A stretch of DNA of 64,000 nucleotides, from contig NC_087436.1 in the NCBI RefSeq assembly GCF_036321535.1, positions 101,992,001-102,056,000 on the forward strand, read 5' to 3'. A program made the position numbers and the translations under genes. Below the pieces are notes generated by a model, which saw nothing but the letters and a program-made list of their open reading frames with translations, was not told the origin of the DNA and searched no databases. Of the stretch, positions 37,943 through 52,010 are shown piece by piece; the first letter of the stretch is position 1, and every line of letters begins with the position of its first letter. The stretch is from Camelus dromedarius (Eukaryota).

Positions 37943-39339
37943 CTGGGCTAATAGAATTGAGCAACCATATATTTATTCTTTTGAAATCAAGAATGAAAAG
38001 AGGATTAGAAATGCAGTTAAGATAACCATGATTGAGTGGTTCTGAAATTGGAACAGTTTTTTTTTTTAACTAATACGACTATACCAAGATTAGATGCCCA
38101 GAGTTCTAGTGAAGTGTTGTTGTTTGAAACATATGGTTGAGAGATGTCTAAAAAACAAGATATTTCTGGGAGACAAATGAATTGCCAGAAACAAATCTAA
38201 TGCTCCCTACTTTTCCTGGTCACAAATATATATGGTATGAAATGGTCAAAAGCTGGCTTTTGCTGACGATGTGAAATGTACATTCTGGAATAACTTCCTC
38301 AGTAATGTGAAGATTTATTAAGAACTGGAATGAATTTGTGCTACCTACTTACAGTTGTGCTGGAGAACCAAGTTACAGTGGATTTTTTAAAACTTGTATT
38401 TCTTGATTTCTCTTTTATCCCAGTAAAATGGCAAAGGTGATATTTTTACTTGATATATTTAGGGACTGGAGAATTTCATGCTGACTTGTCTCTAAGCTTT
38501 CAGTCGAAAGACACCTTGAATTCCTTTACTGGAAATACTGACCTAATGAATCTCTTAATGACAGATGATGTGGTAAAGCCATGAATTTTGGCAAGGGCAG
38601 GGGCTGTCTCGCTTGGCTATTTGTGTTAAATCTGGTATTCCTCATTACAAAAAGAGGTAGTAAATGAAGGCTCCTTTGGCAGTGTGTGCAATGCCCAACT
38701 ACCTGTAAATCCGCTTTGGCACTGATACTGCTGTATTCTCCGCTTGTCTATTTCAGGGAGTTCATAAACACAGCTTGGCTTGTTTATTAGAGTTCAAAAA
38801 TCTGGCAACGTACATCGCTGCAGCTCTTTTTCATCTGCTCTATTGACATGAAGATCAGTGACCCTTTTTGAATGATCGAGATTTTGACAGCTTAATTTCT
38901 ATGTCATGAGTTGCTAAGGTAACACTATTTTTGTGAATTCCACAGTTAATAAATCCTTAAGAAATGTCTTCCATTTTTAGTATTGAAAGTAATTTAATGT
39001 TAAAGTTAGAAGACTTATTCCTCTGTTCACTTTCCATTCACTGAGGAAACTCAAACTATTTCTTTGCTATTGTCCTCTTCCATGGAATGTCTGATTCACT
39101 TGGACAGAAAAAGGGACTTAAAACACAATGTCATTACCTAGAAAAGAAATATGATATCTCAAAGAAGAAAATAAAGCAACATCTTTTTGATAGCTGGATT
39201 ATGATATTGAGATGGAGAAACTAAAGTCCAGTTTTCAAGCCTGCCTTTAGATTTGAGAGTTCACATTCTTATTTTCAAATTCTGGTAGAGCTCTCAGCTT
39301 ATATTTGCATATACTCAAAGCATTTCCAGAGAAAATATT

Positions 39340-39907
39340 GTTTTTTCAGTGCTTTTTTAACAAATTACCACAAAGTTAGATCCGTCACACCCATTGATTA
39401 GCTCACAGTTTCTGCAGGTCAGAAGTCTACACGTGGCTGAACTGAGCTCCCCACTCGGGGTCTCACAAGGCTGAAGGGAAGGTATTATCTGAGTTACCTT
39501 TCTTTCTAGAGCTCATGGCTTTCTTTCAAATTCAGATTGTTTTGGGCAGAATCCCATTTCTTGTGTTTGTTTAACCATTGTCCTACTGTCTGTTGAACAA
39601 GAAGGGAACAACTTTCAGCTCCAAGAGGCCACCCGCAGTTCTTAGCCTGCGCAAGTTCCCCCGGCACAGGTCAGTTCAACTTCCACTGTCTCTGACTTCA
39701 GAAAGAGCCCAGTCTTATTAAGGGCCCACTTGATCAAATCAAGCCCAAAGCGATGGTATGCTTTTGATTACATCCAAGTCAACAGGATCACAGCAGTGAT
39801 CTTTCCCATATTCACCGGTTCTGCCAGAACTCAGGAAGAGGAGGTTATACAAGGTTTTTACAGCAGAGGACAGAAGTCATAGAGGCCATTTTAAGTTTTG
39901 TCTACCA
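39340..39907 (-). mobile_element. MaLR solo LTR (MLT1E/F-like)
   Basis: 'taacaaattaccacaaagttag', 'ctcacagtttctgcaggtcagaagtc' and an end at 'tttgtctacca'. Confidence 0.8.
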
Positions 39908-40899
39908 AAAGTAGATCATGTACTTAAAATACAGAACATTGCTATTAATAAAATAAGTAGTTCCAAGCCCATTTTTATGATTTATTGAAACCATTTTAAA
40001 AGACAAAATCCTGCAACTTTTGCATTCACAAAAGTTCCTATTGTGATTTCCCATTGTGAGTCTTGATACATAAAACGGAAAATAATATTTTAACACATTT
40101 GCCAACCTATTAGCTAATAATACAGACAGATCATTGGATTGCCAGAGTTGAATATTAATATTTAAATAACAGAAATAGTGATATCTTTATAACTATATAC
40201 TATACATGTGTAAAATTAGGTAAATTTAGAATTACTTCATATAATTCTGGACTTTAAAAATATAAAAGTTTCTAAGAAAAATTTCAATTTCCAGGAAAAT
40301 ATTTCAATTCCTAAAAAGTATATATCATATGAAACAGAAATATAAAGTGAGTACACAGCTTGAGAAATATATACTAAGAACAAGTCTTTTCAAGAATTTT
40401 AAAGAAATTAAATGTCTTGCTGGAGAAAAAAGTAATTGGTTAGACATATAAATCCACGGAGATTTATGAGATGACAGTAAATATCATATGAGAAGTTAAT
40501 ACCTGTTACAGGCAGTGAGCAGCATTATCCTGAGAATTCAGAACAGAATCATGTCACAGTATGTGAAATCTGGAAGTCAGTTACCCATCAATGCAAGGTA
40601 CTCAAATGGACTATGAATCCAGTCATAAAAAATATTAAACAACAACAACAAAAATGTCTCTACAAATCTCTCCTGTAAAGGAAAACGAAGGAGATACTTT
40701 GGGTCATAATAACATGTAAACTACAGTATCATATAAATAAAACTAGTAACATATAAGTACTTTTACACAAAACAAATAAATGCTTCTTATAACTGTATAA
40801 ATGTACATAAATAATGAGGAATCCATAGAATAATTAAAGAAATTTGTAGTTTATTGATAAAATCCATCATCTAGATATTAAAAACTGAGTTTCTTTTCT

Positions 40900-41950
40900 A
40901 CTGTTTCAAAGGTTTTTCTCTTCCTATGTTCTTATATTTTCAAGTACCATCACTATCCACTGAATCAAAATCAATACAACCTTATACGTGAACCATCAGA
41001 ACACATCAAAGTATTATGATTTCAGTTCAGAAAATGGTCTTGAAACTGTTTCTGCCTTCTGTGTGCACTGAGATATTCTATTGGTTATTTAAAAAAATGG
41101 GCATCAGGTAAACCTATGGGAAATGTTAACATGTGCAAAATCAATTCCTTCATCTTAAAATTCTGAATCAGAAAGTGTGGATTGGATCCCAAACATCTAT
41201 ATTTCCTAAAAGCTTCACATGTTATACTAATGAGACCTTTGGTGAAAAAAACTATTGGTTTTCTGGCTTTCAGTATTAATATATGCTCCTAAGTGGCTTT
41301 CTTTTTGACAGTTTATTTCTGCATTTCCATGCATCATCTATAAGTTTCTTAAAACACTCAGCCTTAAAAATCATTGTCATATTAATTCTCCATTTGCATA
41401 TTTCTATATCACCCCATCCTCAGATAATAAAGCTAGAACTCATACATATGGTGCCTGAGATTTATCAAAATATATTGCTGGTCTTATCTTGAACAACTCT
41501 AGCCTTTCTTCCAGTAGTATTAAGTTCTCACTGCTTACTAGCTTGGTATACATTTCCACACTCTTGTGATTTGAAAAAAAATTTTTTATAAGTTGTTCCC
41601 GTTCGCCAAATATTATCTGCCACTTTTTCTGTCTATGAAACTTTCTATTCATCCCTTAAGAGGTGGCTTAAGTGTTACCCCGTTAATGACATCTTACCTT
41701 ACTTATTCAAACAAAGTGAGTTTATCCCCTTTCTGTGGTGCTCCAAAGTTTCTTCATATTTTAATCAAGTACTTATATTTTTTACAAATCTTTCTTATAC
41801 CAAACTTCTACTTCTTCAAAAGTAGAAGCCATGTCTTTTTCATCTTTGTTCTATCCATGCTCCGTATAATTTCACACAGACCAAGACACACAGACTTTCC
41901 TCAATACCTATGTGTTTAATGGATAGTGAATGAATAAATAAATGCATGAA
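40900..41950 (+). mobile_element. L2 LINE 3' region, interrupted by MER5
   Basis: Terminal 'ctcaatacctatgtgtttaatggatagtgaatgaataaataaatg' and 'agccatgtctttttcatctttgttctatcc'. Confidence 0.6.
41079..41258. mobile_element. hAT-Charlie MITE, MER5A-like
   Basis: 'ttctgaatcagaaagtgtgggattggatcccaaacatctatatttcctaaaagcttcacatgttatactaatg' and end 'aaaactattg'. Confidence 0.6.
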
Positions 41951-42935
41951 TGCATGTGTTCATGGCGGGAGGAGTCTATTTCTTTCCACTGAATTTTCCC
42001 TGGTCTATTTCAATAGAGTTGAAATGATGGTATCAAAATTATGATAATTTGATTAAGTACAGGACTGAGTCATAGTGGGAAAAGTAGTCTTCAATGTTTT
42101 CCCTCTTTCCTCTCCCCAAGGAATAGGCCTCAGTAGAGCGTCCTGGAAGATTTCTGGCCAAAACCTCAAATAAAGGGAATGAGGGAATGAACCTAGGGAT
42201 GAAAGACTTGAGCTAGGAATTCAAATGTGCAAAAGAGTATGACCTGACAGGGGTCCTTGACTGCAAGATCCTTCAGAGACTGCAGTGTATTGATCTAATG
42301 AATGTGATATTTCATGAATTTATTATACTCATGTGCATCATAAGTTAGATAAATCTCCAGCTAGTGGAAATCTAGAGCGGACTGAAGAATGAGGCAGAAT
42401 CATTGCATGAGAAAAATGCTGTCCAGTAGGATATTTGATTAGAACCAGAAATCTGCAGTGACCAAGTAAAAACTGCACTGAAATATCTTATTTATGAAGA
42501 ATTTTATTGATTTGCAATATCATTCAACAAATATTGAAAGGAGATTTACTATATGTCAGAGAGGTAGTCTCTGATTTCACATACTGTAAATAAGACCCCA
42601 TGAGGATCAATAACGGTATAGGTTGAGAAGTATTGCAAAACTGAGTTGAATTCTTAGAGGAAAGCTGTGATACAGAGACCAGAAGTCTGAAATCCAGTTA
42701 CTTTGAATGTTTGCAAGTCATTTCTTTTAACAGTTATGTGTAGCTAAGTTTAATAAAAACAGGAGATAATTAAATAATCAGTTCTACCATGTGGGCATCT
42801 AAAGTTTTTTTATTCAAATATACAGCTAGGTGTTGCAGTCTTGAGATACTGACTTGCAGAGAGTTTTGGGACAGTGGAGCAGATTTCAGATATTCCTTTC
42901 AGACAAACATTCAAACGAACTTAAAATACACCATC

Positions 42936-43353
42936 TGTGATGGTTAGTTTCATATGTCAACTTGGCTGGGCCATGATACCCAGATATTTGGTCAAAAGTC
43001 AGTCTAAATGTCCCTGTGAAGGTGTTTTTCAGATGAAATTGACTTTAAATCAATAGACTTTTGTGTAAAGCAGAGGACTCTCCCTAATGTGGTTGGGCCG
43101 CGTCCTGAAAGCTGCAGGCCTTTCAGAGAAAAACCTGAGGTCCTTGAGAAAGAAGGAATTCTGCCTCTAGATGGCCCTTCAGACTCCAATTACAGCATCA
43201 TCTCTTCCTGGGTCTCTAGCCTGCTGGCCTGCCCTATAAAATTTAGACTTGCCAGTTCCCCTGCCTCCCTCACCCCGCCCCCCAAAATTTCTTAACCTCT
43301 TTCTTTCTCCTGTCATCATAATGCTTTGGTTTCTCTGGGGAATGACCAATGCA
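42936..43353 (+). mobile_element. ERVL MLT2 solo LTR
   Basis: Starts 'tgtgatggttagttttcatatgtcaacttggctgggcc' and ends 'gaccaatgca'. Perfect 5-bp TSD CCATC at 42931-42935 and 43354-43358. Confidence 0.92.
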
Positions 43354-45787
43354 CCATCTGGTCTATAATTCTTTTTTTCCTAAAAATTATTGGCCAACTC
43401 TCTGATTCCATGCAATCAAATTATTTGCTCTGCCCATGACATCTAAGCATATGTTACGTTGGACATTTCTTGATCTATTACTTAAATGAGTTCTAACTTT
43501 CCAATTTTCTTCTAACCACTTTTTATTTAGTCATTTCTCAAAAAAGATAAATGCTTTTTCTAAGTATTATATTTCATAATGTTGCTGACAATGCTCAACA
43601 AATGAGTTTATATATAAAAAGCATTCAATATGCAGATCATCCTTCAATCTGATAGCAGTTTAGAGGTAAGTTTGCCTCTATTTATTTTTATGATCAACCT
43701 TGCTGTTCCATTTGGTTGCCATATATAGCTATGTAGGGCCTTATTTATGTGCCCTGTATGATGTCCCTCATAAACAGAAACAGCAATGATAAATGTGAAA
43801 AAACAGGCTAGGAATAGACTTATCACCCATCCACCTTAACCAAAAAAAAAATATGTAAGCATATATGTGTGCATGTATATATATATATAGACTCAAAGTT
43901 CACCCAATTCAGAAATAAGACAGTGTCTTCTAGAGGAATTCTAGCCTTAACAACTCTAGCTTTTAAAACAGAAAGTTATCACAATTGACTGTTCTGTGTT
44001 ACAACTGCCTTGATATTCATAGAAAGAAAACAACTTTGTAGATTTAACTACTTTTTTGTCCTATAACTTTATGGGGATACTTTCCACTATATATTTCATA
44101 GACATACTATCTATTAATGGGACCACTGATTCTCTCTGAGTTACATATTTCAATTCAATACTTATTGATCCAGATGTTGGTCATTCCTGAATAATAACTT
44201 TAGAAAAGTTTCTAAGGTCTTTGAAAAATTTGACCTCGTTCAATGGAAAATGATATAATGGCCCAAATATCTTCTATTAAAACTTTTAAATGATTCTTTA
44301 TAAAGCTTTTCCCCTTCATAGTGTTTATAATATTCTCATAGGCCATTAGAATTCCAAGTACTTGCTGAACATGTAAAAATCCCAATGAAAAGAAATTTAT
44401 TGACCAATGTTACATTTGAATTATTTTAAATTTAACTCACTAATAAATTTATAGATTTATGTTTATTCAATGTATGTTAAAACGCAATCTAAAACCCAGT
44501 TTATATCTTATTGTAATATATGTTAATAGGATATAAAATAATCATTTTGACTTACTCTCATGTGCTTTAGTTTTTCAGGAGTATTTAAAATATTAGGCAA
44601 AATTTATATATACATATGACTGATTATGCCCAGAAAAAAATGTATCAGCCTTGTAGTAAAAACCCAAGTTAGTTTCTATCACAATGGAATTAATGTAAAA
44701 TAAATTTTCTTGAATATTTTTTTTTTGTTAAAAGAAATAACCATTTTAACATAATTATGTAGTTTCCCTTTCTTTTGAGATCCAAGTGATGTGAAAAGCA
44801 GCTTATATGTTTTTAAAAGGAGAGATGATAGAGTCTGACACACATTCACAGAAAATATATATTTAAGAAATACTCTTTTGAACATATAAACACAATGCTT
44901 AAAAATATGTGTATTATTTATTATCCAATACTTTTGCCATTGGATGACAATGACATGACTCTGCTTTCTTGGACTCACGTATACTATTCTCTAAGATAAA
45001 TGCCGAATACATGTATATTTAAAATGATTTTTATTTACATTGATTTATTTTCTTCTATATATTGTCAATAAGAAATAAGCTCCAAAGAGTAAATTTGGTG
45101 TAGTTATTAAAAGCAGAATCACATTATCACATTTGAGCATTGGTTGGCCAAATCTGACTTTCCCATTGTTTTGTTTTTGTCAAATTATGCTCAGAGACAG
45201 ATTGTCTTTAACAATAATTTACAGGTCCACTGTGGAAATTATAATCTGTAATAATATTTCGCAAGCCAAAAGCATACAAAATAATGTCTCTTTATAGACC
45301 AATAAAGAAAGAACATACTCCAAAACAATGATAGATTAATCACATTATTGTTTCAGGAAAAGGAGAAATTAAAGAAATCAAGTCTAATTTATTTAAGGTG
45401 TATCTTTCTACAAGTTGATTCCTGGTTTTAGGGAACCAAGAACTGCCATCCAGCTGCCAGAACAAATCCAAAATCTGTTGTCACTAGAGCACAATCTTAG
45501 TGGAATGATGGTGCTGGTGTTGGCAGGCTAGATGATCTTCATAAAGCCTTTGCATGGTTGTCATCCCTGCCAGCAAACAGTAGCCTTACCACAGCAGGAG
45601 CTAATGTCCCAAGGTCTTTGTAGAGCTACTTAGATCAACAAAAAGTAGCATAGCCCAGACTGAACACTCTCAGTAAACTCTAACAGCTTCTTAGCATTTT
45701 AAGTTTAAATGTCCATTATGTCATAGTTGCTCCTCTGTATGTTCTTGTGGATAAGCACTGGATAGCATAACTTTGAAGACATCACCC

Positions 45788-46427
45788 TGAGATGGAAAGG
45801 AAGGGGGCAGGGCACAGCCATTCAAAGAATGACAGCAATTAACACCAAGAAGGTGGAAGATTCAACCCCTAGAAGGCCTGGAGTTCCAAGATGGTGAGAG
45901 AGTTGACTTCAGTAGATTTTGAGCTTCATTATATGCTCATTATAATATATTAACATGTTAAGTGCACTATCACAGGTGCCATGACAGTTCCAAGGCTAAC
46001 CATAAAGGGTCAAAAAGTGGGCAGTGGCCCAATTCCTGGAAAATCCAGCGCCCTCCCCAAAGTAGTTGGAATAATTCTCCCACTTGTTAGCAAATGAATT
46101 TACCAAGCCCACGAAAACTAACCACCCCCATACCTTGTGGCCACTCTCCCAAGTGAGATGGACCACTCTGTGGAGTGTGTGACTACCTTTACTTTAAACT
46201 AAGCATCCAATTCTCACATGTCATGGCCTTTCTCTTGCCTTCTGAAACACGCCTGCACTCTATGGAGTATGTATCTCTCTGAATACATCTACCTTTACTC
46301 AAATGTGGCTCGCTCTTGAATTTTTTCCTGCATGAAGCCAAGGACCTGCACTTGGCGGGGCGCATCCCGGGAACTCAACTGATACCTGGGACATGGTGAT
46401 CCTCTCACCCCACATTTTCCTGTATCA
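45788..46427 (+). mobile_element. ERV1-type solo LTR (cetartiodactyl lineage)
   Basis: TG...CA termini ('tgagatggaaaggaagggggcagggcacagcc' to 'ttttcctgtatca'). Near-TSD ACCC/ATCC. Contains 'ctcgctcttgaattttttcctgcatgaagccaaggacc'. Confidence 0.8.
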
Positions 46428-48519
46428 ATCCTGACAAGGCCTCGCCAAGGTAAAAAAATTTACCCTTAGGTCAAAACAACTTCACTTAAGCCATAAATAA
46501 GTGGATTTGAAATCATGGCAAACCAATATACACACTCTTTTCCTTTTTTCTGGGTGTTGAGATTTGAAAAACACTCAAATAAGCTTCTGCTAACTGACAA
46601 CTGCCTAGATCACATGTAACTGAGCTGAAAGAGGCCTTCCGGATCAATGATCGTGAGTCTGGCTGGCCGACTTACATTTCATGGAATCATAAGAAAGTAT
46701 TGAAGTAGTGTCAAACTTGTGTAAGCGGAAACTCTGCCTACAGCACATTTTTAGTCACGGCAAATGTTTCCAAAGCCTCTTCTTTAACAAAAAGAGAAAA
46801 GCACAGATTGAAGAGTGGAAAAGTATATTTTACCATGAAAGTTTGAAAAGAGCTAAGGAAGAAAAAGAGAAAGGCACCAGGTACAATTTCACAAAAATCA
46901 ATCAGACACAAACAGTTGAAAATGTTCTGAATTTAGCATATCTTCAGTTCCTTTAACATTTCACATTTCTCTTCATAGCCTCTCTGCCATAATAAAAGCT
47001 TTCTGATTGTTTTTAGAATATTTCCCTAGTTTTTCTGACCCTAGAGAAAAACCCCAACAAAATTATCATTTTAATTACATAAATAGGGTACAATCAACTA
47101 GATCTATGCTTAGATTCCAAAGCACACAAAAATTAAGTGTTCTTTACTTTCATATTGTTATACCTCATTATTATCCTTTATTTACTGTGAATATAGTTCT
47201 AATTGTTTATACATCTGTGTTTGCTTATTTTACAATAAACTACTCAAAAGAAAGAACCAGGTCTCATTCATATTTATATCCCTAGTGCAGAAGAATCTTT
47301 CTGGTACTAAGTATCTCATCAGTATATTTTTGGTGACTGAATATTTCTCTAGCAAATCTAGGCTTCCACTAAAAGTTGGTGTTCTGTTTTATTTGTTTTG
47401 CTTTATTTGTATCCAAATACACATTCAGGAACAATTTAGATGATATAGAAGTTCTGCCTTCCAACCAAATGACTGCCTTTTTAAATTTTCAGATGTGGTA
47501 TGGAAAACTTAGATAAAAAAAATTAACCCCCCCCCCCCAAACTGTATAATATAGGGCTGGAAGTTTTTTTGTTTTACATAAAAGTCCTCAAAAAGTGAGG
47601 GGAAAACTAGTGTCTTTTCCCATCATGTAAATGGACTTTGGTACGTCAAAGATCATTCCAAAATTAGTGTCTCTTTTCGAGTTACTCACAATTCACTTTT
47701 ATGCAAGTGAAAATGATTCAAAGCCTGCAGTGTTCAGCAGGCCTACAGCTAAATGACTCAATTTTTACTTTAGTTATGTGTCTTTGAGATAATTCATGTG
47801 TTATAATTTAACAATTCTTATATTTAGAAAGCCTTGAGAAACAATGTCACTGGAGGGGAAAAAAAACTGTTTCAAAGTTTTGCTTTTAAATACAATAGAA
47901 ATAAGAGAATAAATGTCATGCAGTTTTTTTATCCTGATTAAAAAACTAACTCCAAATACACACAGTATGATTAATTTCTCAATTTGGGAAATCAATACAA
48001 TTAAACAAAATCATATTAACAATAAAATAATAAAGCAACAAATATGTGATGTATATTATTTTTTAAATTGTAAAATATAACAGATTATAAAATACAAAAC
48101 ATGTTATCAGATAGGGTCTTGGCTGAAATTAGATTTTCTACTCAAGCTGGATAATTTGAGGGGAATTTTATAAAGCTGTTACTTTCAAGGATTTGGAGAG
48201 AATGCAGGGAAACTTCAAGAGAGTTTAATAATCCTTTGTGGCTATACTTAGTGGTAAACACAATTATCACTCTTTCAATTCCTAGGATTTCAGCCAATAG
48301 AAAAAATGAAAGTAAGCGATGTACATACACATTTATGTACAATAGAAAACAATGTGTAGTGATTTAATACTGTAAATTAAACCAAATGTTCAGCAATAGA
48401 CCATATGTTAAATAAATCATGTGTATATTTGCTCAGTAGCAACATATTAATTCTCAAATATTTTTCATAAAATGGTATAGTAAGAATTGACTTTAATATT
48501 TTGAAAAAGAAAGAATGTA

Positions 48520-48785
48520 TTGTTAGAGCTTTACTAAGGTAAATTTATTGTACAAAACTGCATTAACTTAAACTTGAAAATTTGATGGGTTTTAATATGT
48601 TTCTTTACACACCATGAAAACACCATAATGGAGATAATATTTTCTCATGCCCCACTGTAATACATCCCTTTTATCACCCTGGCCTACACAAACAGTATCA
48701 TTATAGATTAGTTTGCATTTTTTGGATTTTTAATAAAATTGAATCATAAAGTATATACTCTTTTTATCTTTTTTCACATATCACA
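48520..48785 (-). mobile_element. L1MB/L1ME 3' end fragment
   Basis: 'agagctttactaaggtaaattt...tacaaaactgcattaacttaaa' and 'ttatagattagtttgcattt'. Confidence 0.65.
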
Positions 48786-48829
48786 TATTTCACAACAAAG
48801 AAGAAAAACAAATAACACAATGAAGTGTT

Positions 48830-50900
48830 AGTACCATAATACTGTTAGAGTAAATATAATTTAAGATAAGAATGTTAAGAAGGACAGTATATTTTAAGTT
48901 TTTAAGAATCATTAAAATACTGAACAATAATTTACTTCAAAGTATGCAACAGGGTCTCAAATTATAAAGCAAAGTTCGTAAGTTTTAAATAAAAATATAA
49001 ATTCAGTCAGAGAGTTTAATATCACTATCCCAAGTTTTACACATTTTACTGTCTGAAGTATACATTTTACTGTCCTGATTCAGTCTAAATACTAATGAGA
49101 ATATAGAAGTCTTAAACAAGTGAAAATTGACAAATTGTGATTCAATATATCTTCATTTTAATACATAGAAAGTTTATATATAAAATATAAAGAATAAACA
49201 GTCTCCTGAATACACAGGTAATATTTGCAAAATAATGACCACATACCACTAGTAAACTCTCAGTATTTTCCAAAATAACTGTTAGTTTATATGAAAATCC
49301 AATAACAAATAAAATAGTAAAATTATTAAAAATTAAAACTTTTATTTGGATTCTAAAGAGCACATTCTTAAATAACTTATGTGTTAAAATGATAATCACA
49401 AAAATCAAATATTCATAGCCAGCTATCAATCGCATTAATATTTTTATAAATGGATATTTAAGGAAATATATATTATTATATATAGTTGTTAATAAATTAG
49501 GAAGATTTCAAGCAAAGGAAGTGACTTACATTTACCATAAAGATAGGAATTTTTAAAAATTTTTATAAAATGTAATAGAAATGATGCTGATAGAAATTAA
49601 GAATGTAAAGCACAAAGCAAAATGGTAATTATGATAACATACTTAAAATAGACAAACCTACAGAACGTTGTCAAAAACTGTAAGATGTTCAGAAATATTG
49701 TTAATAATGAAAAGGGGCAAATTTGTGGCAGAGCTAAAAGGTTATAAGAAAATACTTTTCACAATATTATAAACATACAATATCAACATTTTTAAAGTGG
49801 CTATTTTTCTAAAACATAATTCGTGACTAAATTTACTCAGGAAATATTGTAACAGAAAAATACATCAATTACAATCTTAAAAGTGAATGAGTGTTTTAAT
49901 AATAAGACATTAGACAGAAAATTTTACAAAAAGTTTTATAGAACAGTTTATCTTATAGAACCATTTACACAATATGAAATATTACTCTACCCAAAATAAT
50001 TTATATTATTTATACACAATATAAAATATTAGTTATTCTAACCAAAATAATTTATATTATTTATACAAATCATATATCAAAGGTTATATGCAATCAATAA
50101 AGTCTATACATGGTTCACATATGTAAACCCAATAATTCTAAATAAGAATAACTGCAAATATGATGCAGCAGTTCATTTAATAAACAAAATTAGGTAATGT
50201 GAATTTCATTCAACAAAATATTTATAAATGCAATCCACTTGACATGAAACATTAAAGAAAGAGCTAATGCTCTTCATACATGCAGAAAAAAACGTTAATA
50301 AAACTTAACTTGCATTTATGAGGGGGTGGGTACCTAAATGTAGTTAGTCATCTGGAAAATTTCTTACATAATAAAATAATTTTTAAAAATCTACAGTAAA
50401 TATTATACATGGTAGCACACTTTTAGTCATATATTTTGAGGGTCAAGAATTGTAGTAGTTACCTTGCTATCACTTCTTGTATTCAAAAATATAGTGCATG
50501 TCTCAGTCAATGCAATAAGGAAAAAAATAATTAAAGCTAATGCATGGGGAAGAAGTAAATAAAAATGTTATTATTTGCAGGTCATATGCTAATCTGCAGA
50601 GAGCACATTTTTCAGAATCAATGTCCAGATAGGAAATAAAATAGAAGTTAAAAAGATACCATTTATAATAGCAACAAATACTACATGGTTAACAGAAATA
50701 AATCCATCAAAATAATGTACAAAACTGTTGTGAAAAATGTTACAAACTAATACTGAAGCTCAAAAAAATACCTAGCCGCAAGGTTGCTAGGAATCCTCAA
50801 TATTGGAACCGTTTAATATTTTGTTGGAAAATCAAAATATTTACATAGGCAAGATACTTACATAGTCAAGATAATTCTGAAAAAAGAAAAAGGAAAGATG
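48830..50900 (+). mobile_element. Highly degenerate L1M ORF2 (EN through RT)
   Basis: Remnants of RT motifs: 'catgcagaaaaaacgttaataaaact' (DAEKAFDKI), 'ttgctatcacttcttgtattcaaaaatatagtg...aatgcaataagg' (PLSPLLFNIV..AIR) and 'ttatttgcaggtcatatg' (LFADDM). Confidence 0.75.
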
Positions 50901-51799
50901 AGTGCCTTCTATTATTAGTTTTCAGATCTTATGTTTTTCCTTATCAAAATATATGTTGCACGTATCAATTTCCAGACCATATCGTACAGAAGTCAGCTCA
51001 CTTAATTCTCGTGGCAGAGGATGCATGAAGAGCTTTAGTATATTTTTCTAATTAAATGTTATTTGTAAAATGAAACATACCATTTACATTCTTTTAAACT
51101 ACAGCAGTTTTACCCTATTTTAAATAATACAAAATAAATATTTTAAGATAAAGGCACTTAGCAACTAAAACGTGATGACAGTAAGTATGAATCCTAATCT
51201 AACAAGGAGCCCATTAAGAATAATTTGAGGATCTTCAAGCAACAACTTTGCTTCTATTTCTCTTGACAGCCTCTCCTTTACAAGAGACACCTAATTCCTG
51301 TTTACCACTGAATATAGATTCAGACAAGTTATGCGTGTGTTGTTCTACATCGAAGGACTATGGCATCACAATTCTTATTCCAAAAACATGGGGCCCAAGG
51401 ACTATTTGAGACAGTGGTTGTTCCCATGCATATGACCTTTGCTGGATCATACAGATTACAGTACTGAATGCCCTACACAATTTGGCAAGCCTAAATTATC
51501 AATAGGCAGAATATTATATGTTAGCAGGCTGTTGAAACAGAACTAGTCGTGAATTTTAAGGTACTAATGAAATACTTGACATGCACAGTCTGGATAGTGA
51601 AGAGAGGTAATAATGGCTTGAACATTATTTTCTTATTGTTAGGAAAATCCAGAAAGTTAATGTTAAAACTCTAATGTGAGTGCAAAACTAGACAGCCTGA
51701 AAGCGATGGAAAGAGAAAATGATGTTTATTGAAATAATGATTTGTATCATGCATTTGACATTATTCCATCAGGCCTTCAGTAGCTTAAGGCAGACTCTC

Positions 51800-52010
51800 A
51801 CATAATGTGTGACAGACAGAATGAGTACTTTCAAATAATGAAAAACATCACAATTGCATAAAACTATGCTAAGTTCAGTTATTTGAAAGGGTAGAGGAGT
51901 ACTTAGTCAAGGAGTACAATGGTGGCAACTTAAATATAAAACAGTCCTTGACAAACTAGCTTTGATTTGAAGGGTCTTTTACTGAAGGCATTCTCAGAGG
52001 TATAATGCTA
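51800..52010 (+). mobile_element. Possible ancient non-L1 LINE RT remnant (CR1/L2-like)
   Basis: Hand translation gives LFERVEEYLVKEYNGGNLNIKQS, then after frameshifts DKL and GLLLKAF. This loosely matches CR1 'FFE.V...VDKG..VD..YLDF.KAFDKV....LL.KL'. Confidence 0.3.

Noticed and set aside
45420..45620. GC-richer stretch with a possible minus-strand mini-exon (MTTMQRLYEDHLACQHQHHH...)
   Set aside because: Short, hits a stop and has no recognisable homology; unsupported.
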